Assembly: GCF_006345805.1 (NCBI RefSeq)
Contig: NW_021836898.1
Coordinates: forward strand, 1 to 21,350
Source: Octopus sinensis
Lineage: Eukaryota
Length of the DNA stretch: 21,350 nucleotides
Direction of reading: 5' to 3'
The notes beneath the pieces were generated by a model. That model ran no database searches. It was not told the origin of the DNA and was given only the letters and a program-made list of their open reading frames with translations. The translations under genes and the position numbers were made by a program. This document shows positions 9,901 to 20,000 of the stretch, in pieces. The first letter of the stretch is position 1. Each line of letters starts with the position of its first letter.

Positions 9901-10370
9901 ATGGTGGTTGTGATGGGGGGGGTGTTGGTGGTGGTGGTGATGGTGAAGGTGGTGGTGGTGGTGGTGGTGGTGGTGGTGGTGGTGGTGTTACTGATTGTAG
10001 TGGTGGTGGTGTTGGTGGTTGGTGATGATGATGGTGGTGGCAGTGGTGTTGGTGGTGATGGTGTTGGTGGTGGTGGTGGTGGTGTTGGTGTTGGTGGTTG
10101 GTGATGGTGGTGGTGGAGGTGGTGGTGGTGGTGGTGGTGTTGGTGGTGGTAGTGGTGGTGGTGTTACTGCTTGTAGTGGTGCTGGTTGTGGTGTTGGTGT
10201 TAGTGTTGGTGGTGGTGGTGGTGGCGGTGGCACTCGTGGTGGAAGTGGCGTTGGAATTCGTGGTGCTGGTTATGATGATGTTGATGATGGTGGTGGTGTT
10301 GATGGTGTTTGTGGTTGTGGTGGGGATGTTAGTGTTGGTGATGGTGGTGGTGGTGGTTGTGGTGGTGTTT
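9901..10370. repeat. (GGT)-rich repeat, partly an inverted copy of the 7835-7965 segment
   Basis: 10308-10336 is the exact 29-nt reverse complement of 7846-7874. Confidence 0.9.
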
Positions 10371-10517
10371 ATGACACGAAGTATAAAGCCAAAAACGTTG
10401 TTGTTGTAGTGAAGGTTAGACATAATTATACAAGGAAAAGTTGGGATCGTCACGACTGGAATACGTTGTTGTTTTTTTTGTTTTCTGTTTTTGGGTTTTT
10501 TTTTTTAATACAGGATT

Positions 10518-10929
10518 GGGATCTTTTCGGTTTGACCGGCAGTTTTTTCTAGCGATGTCATATGAAATTGTCACCCATAATTATGACCCTAGTATCGATC
10601 TATTGCATTTCAATCTGTTTTAGGGTTAGGGGTGGGGGGCAGGGTACCTTTTTTTCTTCACAAATGTAAATAAACCCAATCTGTTTCTTAAACGAGGGAC
10701 ATATTCATACGGCACAGAATGTTCTTTACCTCAATAGACGTCATTGATAGGTTGAAATTGCAGAAATTGAAGAAAAAACAACGAACATCTTACAAACTAT
10801 AGAATTTTCTCAATAAAGCCAAGAGAAAAAGATGTTTTATAAACACATTCTACCAGTATACGAAGTTTAAAAGTGTTTAGTTACGTGGAAATTATGTTAA
10901 AAAACTGCCGGTCAAACGGAAAAGATCCC
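10518..10929. mobile_element. MITE (non-autonomous DNA transposon), 412 bp
   Basis: 31-bp TIRs GGGATCTTTTC(G/C)GTTTGACCGGCAGTTTTTT at 10518-10548 and 10899-10929 (30/31 identical). The flanking direct repeat AGGATT lies at 10512-10517 and 10930-10935. Confidence 0.92.
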
Positions 10930-11082
10930 AGGATTGTTCAACTGCTCAATCAGGGCCGATATGGATCGATGCCAAGTTTGGCTACAAAAGACAGTGATGA
11001 TAACAAGAATAATATTATTGAAAAGCGCAACAGAAACGTTTGAAAAATAGCGAAAAGAATGGACGGCAAAAGCAGCAGTAGT

Positions 11083-11395
11083 GGAGGCGCAATGGCCACA
11101 TGGCTAGGGCAGCGAACTCGCGGTCGGAGGATCGCGGTTTCGATTCCCAGACCGGGCGTTGTATGTGTTTATTGAGCGAAAACACCTAAAGCTACACGAG
11201 GCTCCGGCAGGGGGTGGTGGCGACCCCTGTTGTACTCTTTCACCCCCAACTTTCTCTCACTCTTTCTTCCTGTTTCTTGTCCCCGACTTCCTACGCAACC
11301 GCTGAGCCTGGCTGCGCATTCATCCATCCGTTGATGCTCTCGGTGTCGGGGGTTGACCTGCTTTCTCTTCTGTGGGTCTTACGAATAGCAAAGGA
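11083..11395 (+). mobile_element. tRNA-derived SINE, family C
   Basis: tRNA-like 5' end GGAGGCGCAATGGCCACATGGCTAGGGCAGCGAACTCGCGGTCGGAGGATCGCGGTTTCGATTCCC with A- and B-box-like motifs, but no intact acceptor stem. The 3' boundary is uncertain. Confidence 0.7.
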
Positions 11396-11439
11396 CCACG
11401 TTTCGGACTTCTCCCATCTTGCGAGCTCTGGGACGAAGA

Positions 11440-12210
11440 CCGTTCGTGCAACAGCAACAGCAACAGCAGCAGCAGTGGGAACAACAGAGATGACAGCAAA
11501 AACCGTGACCATCACCAACGATGCTTATATAAACAGCAACATGAACGGTGCCGGCATCGGCACCGCCAACATTGTCGTCGCCAATTCCACGATCATCAGC
11601 ATCATCATCACTACAACCATCATCAGAACATCACCGCCGCCGCCACCACCACCAACATTACCAACACTCCCATCATTACCACATCCACTAGGTCCACAAC
11701 CACCACCACCATCACCACCACCACCACCACCACCACCACCATCACCACCACCACACCACCACCACCACCACCACCACCACCACCACCACACCACCACCAC
11801 CACAAACCACCAACATAACTACCACCACCACAACCACCTCCACTACCACCACCACCACCATCACCACAACCACCACCACCAACACCACCACCACCACCAT
11901 CACCACCACCACCACCAACACCACCACCACCACCACCACCATCACTACAACCATCACCACAACCACCACCACCAACACCACAACCACCACCACCACCACC
12001 ACCACCACAACCAATACCACCACCATCACCGCTACCACTGCATTCACCACCACCACCACCATCACCACCACCACCAACCACCACCACCACCACCACCACC
12101 ACCACAACCACCACCACCACCACAAACCACCAACATAACTACCACCACCACAACCACCTCCACCGCCACCACCACCACCACCACCACCACCACCCCACCG
12201 GCACTACACA
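11440..12210. repeat. (CAG/CAA)- then (ACC)-rich low-complexity domain
   Basis: Direct reading; it explains ORFs 11214-12244. Confidence 0.9.
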
Positions 12211-12368
12211 CACAAGTGAAATGAACAATAAATAAGACTCCCAATAAACAATCAGCAAGTTTAACTAAAACACAAAAGACAAAAATCGATTATCGATTAT
12301 CGATTAACAATATTGACAACAAGAATAGCATTAACTGTAGATGACGCGCATGGAGTTTTTTATTATTA

Positions 12369-12788
12369 CTCTTTTACTCTTTTACTTGTTTCAGTCATTT
12401 GACTGCGGCCATGCTGGAGCACCGCCTTTAGTCCAGCGAATCGACCCCGGGACTTATTCTTTTTTGTAAGCCCAGTACTTATTCTATCGGACTCTTTCGC
12501 CGAACCGCTTAGTGACGGGGACGTAAGCACACCAGCATCGGTTGTCAAGCAATGCTAGGGGGGACAAACACAGACACACACACACATACACACACACACA
12601 TACACACATATATATATATATATACATATATACGACAGGCTTCTTTCAGTTTCCGTCTACCAAATCCACTCACAAGGCTTTGGTCGGCCCGAGGCTATAG
12701 CAGAAGACACTTGCCCAAGATGCCACGCAGTGGGACTGAACCCGGAACCATGTGGTTGGTTAGCAAGCTACTTACCACACAGCCTCTC

Positions 12789-12789
<1 letters not shown>
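12369..12789 (-). mobile_element. SINE family B, near full length, inserted in an ATT tract
   Basis: The 3' end on the minus strand is GACTGAAACAAGTAAAAGAGTAAAAGAG, with an internal CA/TA microsatellite and the tRNA head at the right end. It is nearly identical to 14194-14591. Confidence 0.92.
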
Positions 12790-12824
<35 letters not shown>

Positions 12825-12830
12825 CATTAT
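12790..12830. repeat. (ATT)n tract between head-to-head SINE B and SINE A
   Basis: Direct reading. Confidence 0.95.
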
Positions 12831-12831
12831 G

Positions 12832-13168
12832 AAGGCGGCGAGCTGGCAGAATCGTTAGCACGCCGGGCGAAATGCTTAGCGGTATTTCGTCTGCTGTTAC
12901 GTTCTGAGGTCGACTTTGCCTTTCATCGTTTCGGGGTCGATAAATTAAGTACCAGTTACGTACTGGGGTCGATATAATCGACTTAATCCGTTCGTCTGTC
13001 CTTGTTTGTCCCCTCTGTGTTTAGCCCCTTGCGGGTAGTAAAGACATAGGTATTTCGTCTGTCGTTACGTTCTGAGTTCAAATTTCGCCGAGGTCGACTT
13101 TGCCTTTCATCCTTTCTGGATCGATTAAATAAGTACCAGTTACGCACTAGGGTCAATATAATCGACTT
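12832..13168 (+). mobile_element. SINE family A: head, one unit with a 16-bp deletion, and a partial second unit
   Basis: Starts AAGGCGGCGAGCTGGCAGAATCGTTAGCACGCCGGGCG. A ...ATAG|GTATTTCG junction near 13050 starts the second unit. Confidence 0.9.
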
Positions 13169-13171
13169 TAT

Positions 13172-13472
13172 GTAGCTTGTTGTTCTCTTTAAGTGAACGT
13201 TTTTCTGGTTACCGAAAATTGGGGACACAGCAGTCAAAAAATCGTAAATAATAGGGAATTTCATAGAAAAAAAGCACCGTTTTGATGTAAATAATTTTTG
13301 GTGTTAACATAGTCTGATTTGAATTTTTTCTTCTACGGAATGATGAGCAAGCTTTCTTCTGTCATACTCTCAATTTTGGTCAAATTGCGCCGCAGGGTCA
13401 CACGGAAGATAGTGTTAGTTGAAGGCTACCAAACCTGCCACACACAGACAACTTCAGCTTTATATATATAGA
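13172..13472 (-). mobile_element. Non-autonomous Helitron-like element (5' portion)
   Basis: The minus strand starts A|TCTATATATATAAAGCTGAAGTTGTCTGTGTGTG: a 5' TC after an A, and an ATAAAGCTGAAG plus microsatellite start resembling Lep1-type Helitrons (recalled). A canonical 3' hairpin plus CTRR is not evident. Confidence 0.6.
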
Positions 13473-13475
13473 TTA

Positions 13476-14040
13476 AGAGTACTTCCCCTTCGATTTTTGA
13501 GGCGATTCGGTCTGCAAAATAATTCTCTCATTTTGAGCTATATTTTGACACCATTTTCAACTGAGAACTCCTAAAATAAGGTACACTCAAAACTGCTAGA
13601 ATTTGCATTTTTCAAGCTAGAGAATTCAAACTTGCTCCAATCGATTAAGATAATTTTTCTACGTATATGTTCATATTTTGTTTTTCGAAAAACTCAAAAA
13701 TTGAACGTGTTTTCGCCCCATTTTTCCGTTGCATTCACGCGTTGCATTCTAACATGTTGCGTGAACACAACTCAAGGCAATTGTGTATGACATCCACGCG
13801 CTCGCAGAAAATGCCTTGTTTTAGGCCTTTGTTATCAAGATAGAGGCTTGAAACCTACTCTGGCCGTAACTACACCACGCCTTCTGCAGGTGTGTAAATT
13901 TTCAGCTCGATCCTAGCATGTCTAGTGCCATTGAATCCTTACCAAAGCCAAAGTGTGCAAGTTTTTTTTCCTCTTTAATATATGTATATAAAACCGCAGG
14001 ACGTAATTTGATGGAGATTTGGCTGTTATATCTAGCAGAC
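13476..14040. other. AT-rich segment with motifs typical of non-autonomous DNA elements (unclassified)
   Basis: Contains AAATTTTCAGCTCGATCC, a motif I recall from MITE and Helitron-N interiors. No termini were identified. Confidence 0.3.
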
Positions 14041-14052
14041 TTATCTTCCAAT

Positions 14053-17000
14053 TCGAGGTCCCCCTCGTCGGCTCATAAACGCATATATACGTACCTAAAC
14101 AGTAAAACGTGATTTCAGGTGGTTTTGACTGCTATTTCTTGCAAGCCTTTTTCCCATGTCGAGGTCTCCCTCGTTGGCTCATAAACGCATATACTCTTTT
14201 ACTCTTTTACTTGTTTCAGTCATTTGACTGCGGCCATGCTGGAGCACCGCCTTTAGTCGAGCAAATCGACCTCGGGACTTATTCTTTGTAAGACCAGTAC
14301 TTATTCTATCGGTCTCTTTTGCCGAACCGCTAAGTGACGGGGACGTAAACACACCAGCATCGGTCGTCAAGCAATGCTAGAGGGACAAACACACACACGC
14401 ATACATATATATATATATACATATATACGACAGGCTTCTTTCAGTTTCCGTCTACCAAATCCATTCACAAGGCATTGGTCGGACCGGGTCTATAGTAGAA
14501 GACACTTGCCCAAGGTGCCACGCAGTGGGACTGAACCCGGAACCATGTGGTTGGTTAGCAAGCTACTTACCACAGAGCCACTCATACGCCTACGCATATA
14601 TACGTACCTAAACAGTAAAACGAGATTTCAGGTGGTTTTGACTGCTATTTCATGCAAGCCTTTTTCCCATGTCGAGGTTTCCCTCGTTGGCTCATAAACG
14701 CATTTATACGTACCTAAACAGTAAAACGTGATTTCAGGTGGTTTTGACTGCTATTTCTTGCAAGCCTTTTTCCCATGTCGAGGTTTCCCTCGCTGGCTCA
14801 TAAACGCATATATACGTGATTTCAAGTGGTTTTGACTGCTATTTCTTGCAAACCTTTTTCCCATGTCGAGGTCTCCCTCGCTGGCTCATAAACGCATATA
14901 TACGTACCAAAACAGTAAAACGTGATTTCAGGTGGTTTTGACTGCTATTTCTTGCAAGCCTTTTTGCCCATGTCGAGGTCTCCCTCGCTGGCTCATAAAC
15001 GCATATATACGTACCAAAACAGTAAAACGTGATTTCAGGTGGTTTTGACTGCTATTTCTTGCAAGCCTTTTTGCCCACGTCGAGGTCTCCCTCGCTGGCT
15101 CATAAACGCATATATACGTACCTAAACAGTAAAACGTGATTTCAGGTGGTTTTGACTGCTATTTCTTGCAAGCCTTTTTGCCCACGTCGAGGTCTCCCTC
15201 GCTGGCTCATAAACGCATATATACGTACCAAACACAGTAAAACGTGATTTCAGGTGGTTTTGACTGCTATTTTTTCTTGCAAGCCTTTTTGCCCATGTCG
15301 AGGTCTCCCTCGCTGGCTCATAAACGCATATATACGTACCAAAACAGTAAAACGTGATTTCAGGTGGTTTTGACTGCTATTTCTTGCAAGCCTTTTTCCC
15401 CATGTCGAGGTCTCCCTCGCTGGCTCATAAACGCATATATACGTACCAAAACAGTAAAACGTGATTTCAGGTGGTTTTGACTGCTATTTCTTGCAAGCCT
15501 TTTTGCCCATGTCGAGGTCTCCCTCGCTGGCTCATAAACGCATATATACGTACCTAAACAGTAAAACGTGATTTCAGGTGGTTTTGACTGCTATTTCTTG
15601 CAAGCCTTTTTGCCCATGTCGAGGTCTCCCTCGCTGGCTCATAAACGCATATATACGTACCAAAACAGTAAAACGTGATTTCAGGTGGTTTTGACTGCTA
15701 TTTCTTGCAAGCCTTTTTCCCCATGTCGAGGTCTCCCTCGCTGGCTCATAAACGCATATATACGTACCTAAACAGTAAAACGTGATTTCAGGTGGTTTTG
15801 ACTGCTATTTCTTGCAAGCCTTTTTCCCCATGTCGAGGTCTCCCTCGCTGGCTCATAAACGCATATATACGTGATTTCAAGTGGTTTTGACTGCTACTTC
15901 TTGCAAGCCTTTTTCCCCATGTCGAGGTCTCCCTCGCTGGCTCATAAACGCATATATACGTACCTAAACAGTAAAACGTGATTTCAGGTGGTTTTGACTG
16001 CTATTTCTTGCAAGCCTTTTTGCCCACGTCGAGGTCTCCCTCGCTGGCTCATAAACGCATATATACGTACCAAAACAGTAAAACGTGATTTCAGGTGGTT
16101 TTGACTGCTATTTCTTGCAAGCCTTTTCCCCATGTCGAGGTCTCCCTCGCTGGCTCATAAACGCATATATACGTACCAAACAGTAAAACGTGATTTCAGG
16201 TGGTTTTGACTGCTATTTCTTGCAAGCCTTTTTGCCCATGTCGAGGTCTCCCTCGCTGGCTCATAAACGCATATATACGTACCAAAACAGTAAAACGTGA
16301 TTTCAGGTGGTTTTGACTGCTATTTATTGGCAAGCCTTTTCCCCATGTCGAGGTCTCCCTCGCTGGCTCATAAACGCATATATACGTACCAAAACAGTAA
16401 AACGTGATTTCAGGTGGTTTTGACTGCTATTTATGGCAAGCCTTTTTCCCCATGTCGAGGTCTCCCTCGCTGGCTCATAAACGCATATATACGTACCAAA
16501 ACAGTAAAACGTGATTTCAGGTGGTTTTGACTGCTATTTATGGCAAGCCTTTTTCCCCATGTCGAGGTCTCCCTCGCTGGCTCATAAACGCATATATACG
16601 TACCAAAACAGTAAAACGTGATTTCAGGTGGTTTGACTGCTATTTATGGCAAGCCTTTTTCCCCATGTCGAGGTCTCCCTCGCTGGCTCATAAAACATAT
16701 ATACGTACCAAAACAGTAAAACGTGATTTCAGGTGGTTTTGACTGCTATTTATGGCAAGCCTTTTTCCCCATGTCGAGGTCTCCCTCGCTGGCTCATAAA
16801 CGCATATATACGTACCAAAACAGTAAAACGTGATTTCAGGTGGTTTTGACTGCTATTTATGCAAGCCTTTTTCCCCATGTCGAGGTCTCCCTCGCTGGCT
16901 CATAAACGCATATATACGTACCAAAACAGTAAAACGTGATTTCAGGTGGTTTTGACTGCTATATTTCTGGCAAGCCTTGTTCCCCATGTCGAGGTCTCCC

Positions 17001-20000
17001 TCGCTGGCTCATAAACGCATATATACGTACCAAAACAGTAAAACGTGATTTCAGGTGGTTTTGACTGCTATTTCTTGCAAGCTTTTTCCCCATGTCGAGG
17101 TCTCCTCGCTGGCTCATAAACGCATATATACGTACCAAAACAGTAAAACGTGATTTCAGGTGGTTTTGACTGCTATTTATGGCAAGCCTTTTTCCCCATG
17201 TCGAGGTCTCCCTCGCTGGCTCATAAACGCATATATACGTACCAAAACAGTAAAACGTGATTTCAGGTGGTTTTGACTGCTATTTCTGGCAAGCCTTGTT
17301 CCCCATGTCGAGGTCTCCCTCGCTGGCTCATAAACGCATATATACGTACCAAAACAGTAAAACGTGATTTCAGGTGTTTTGACTGCTATTTTGTGCAAGC
17401 CTTTTTCCCCATGTCGAGGTCTCCCTCGCTGGCTCATAAACGCATATATACGTACCAAAACAGTAAACGTGATTTCAGGTGTTTTGACTGCTATTTATGG
17501 CAAGCCTTGTTCCCCATGTCGAGGTCTCCCTCGCTGGCTCATAAACGCATATATACGTACCAAAACAGTAAAACGTGATTTCAGGTGGTTTTGACTGCTA
17601 TTTATGGCAACCTTTTTCCCCATGTCGAGGTCTCCCTCGCTGGCTCATAACGCTTATACGTACCAAAACTAAAACCGTGATTTCAGGTGGTTTTTGTTTC
17701 TGCTATTTCTGGCAAGCCTTGTTCCCCATGTCGAGGTCTCCCTCGCTGGCTCATAAACGCATATATACGTACCAAAACAGTAAAACGTGATTTCAGGTGG
17801 GTTTGACTGCTATTTATGGCAAGCCTTTTTCCCCATGTCGAGGTCTCCCTCGCTGGCTCATAAACGCATATATACGTACCAAAACAGTAAAACGTGATTT
17901 CAGGTGGTTTTGACTGCTATTTCTGGCAAGCCTTGTTCCCCATGTCGAGGTCTCCCTCGCTGGCTCATAAACGCATATATACGTACCAAAACAGTAAAAC
18001 GTGATTTCAGGTGGTTTTGACTGCTATTTCTTGCAAGCCTTTTTCCCCATGTCGAGGTCTCCCTCGCTGGCTCATAAACGCATATATACGTACCAAAACA
18101 GTAAAACGTGATTTCAGGTGGTTTTGACTGCTATTTATGGCAAGCCTTTTTCCCCATGTCGAGGTCTCCCTCGCTGGCTCATAAACGCATATATACGTAC
18201 CAAAACAGTAAAACGTGATTTCAGGTGGTTTTGACTGCTATTTCTGGCAAGCCTTGTTCCCCATGTCGAGGTCTCCCTCGCTGGCTCATAAACGCATATA
18301 TACGTACCAAAACAGTAAAACGTGATTTCAGGTGGTTTTGACTGCTATTTATGGCAAGCCTTTTTCCCCATGTCGAGGTCTCCCTCGCTGGCTCATAAAC
18401 GCATATATACGTACCAAAACAGTAAAACGTGATTTCAGGTGGTTTTGACTGCTATTTCTGGCAAGCCTTTTTCCCCATGTCGAGGTCTCCTCGCTGGCTC
18501 ATAAACGCATATATACGTACCAAAACAGTAAAACGTGATTTCAGGTGGTTTTGACTGCTATTTATGGCAAGCCTTTTTCCCCATGTCGAGGTCTCCCTCG
18601 CTGGCTCATAAACGCATATATACGTACCAAAACAGTAAAACGTGATTTCAGGTGGTTTTGACTGCTATTTATGGCAAGCCTTGTTCCCCATGTCGAGGTC
18701 TCCCTCGCTGGCTCATAAACGCATATATACGTACCAAAACAGTAAAACGTGATTTCAGGTGGTTTTGACTGCTATTTATGGCAAGCCTTGTTCCCCATGT
18801 CGAGGTCTCCCTCGCTGGCTCATAACGCATATATACGTACCAAAACAGTAAACGTGATTTCAGGTGGTTTTGACTGCTATTTCTGGCAAGCCTTTTCCCC
18901 ATGTCGAGGTCTCCCTCGCTGGCTCATAAACGCATATATACGTACCAAAACAGTAAAACGTGATTTCAGGTGGTTTTGACTGCTATTTCTGGCAAGCCTT
19001 GTTCCCCATGTCGAGGTCTCCCTCGCTGGCTCATAAACGCATATAACGTACCAAAACAGTAAAACGTGATTTCAGGTGGTTTTGACTGCTATTTCTGGCA
19101 AGCCTTTTTCCCCATGTCGAGGTCTCCCTCGCTGGCTCATAAACGCATATATACGTACCAAAACAGTAAAACGTGATTTCAGGTGGTTTTGACTGCTATT
19201 TATGGCAAGCCTTTTTCCCCATGTCGAGGTCTCCCTCGCTGGCTCATAAACGCATATATACGTACCTAAACAGTAAAACGTGATTTCAGGTGGTTTTGAC
19301 TGCTATTTCTGGCAAGCCTTTTTCCCCATGTCGAGGTCTCCCTCGCTGGCTCATAAACGCATATATACGTACCAAAACAGTAAAACGTGATTTCAGGTGG
19401 TTTTGACTGCTATTTATGGCAAGCCTTTTTCCCCATGTCGAGGTCTCCCTCGCTGGCTCATAAACGCATATATACGTACCAAAACAGTAAAACGTGATTT
19501 CAGGTGGTTTTGACTGCTATTTATGGCAAGCCTTTTTCCCCATGTCGAGGTCTCCCTCGCTGGCTCATAAACGCATATATACGTACCAAAACAGTAAAAC
19601 GTGATTTCAGGTGGTTTTGACTGCTATTTATGGCAAGCCTTGTTCCCCATGTCGAGGTCTCCCTCGCTGGCTCATAAACGCATATATACGTACCAAAACA
19701 GTAAAACGTGATTTCAGGTGGTTTTGACTGCTATTTCTTGCAAGCCTTTTTCCCCATGTCGAGGTCTCCCTCGCTGGCTCATAAACGCATATATACGTAC
19801 CAAACAGTAAAACGTGATTTCAGGTGGTTTTGACTGCTATTTCTTGCAAGCCTTTTTTCCCCTTCCCATGTCGAGTCTCCCTCGCTGGCTCATAAACGCA
19901 TATATACGTACCAAAACAGTAAAACGTGATTTCAGGTGGTTTTGACTGCTATTTCTTGCAAGCCTTTTTTCCCCATGTCGAGGTCTCCCTCGCTGGCTCA

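Noticed and set aside
10618-10632. Telomere or interstitial telomeric array
   Set aside because: Only two TTAGGG-like units, located inside the MITE.
11083-11155. Functional tRNA gene
   Set aside because: The A- and B-box-like motifs are present but the acceptor and anticodon stems do not close, and the sequence continues as a SINE body.
7582-12244. Mucin-like Thr/Pro/His-rich and poly-Val/Gly ORFs (7582-8292, 9887-10453, 11214-12224 and others)
   Set aside because: Stop-free frames are expected from ACC/GGT triplets. Frame shifts between T, P and H runs, no splice signals and no non-repetitive domain argue against a gene.
1-13168. Hammerhead retrozyme explanation for the 184-bp SINE A units
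   Set aside because: No CTGANGA...GAAA core was found on either strand by eye.
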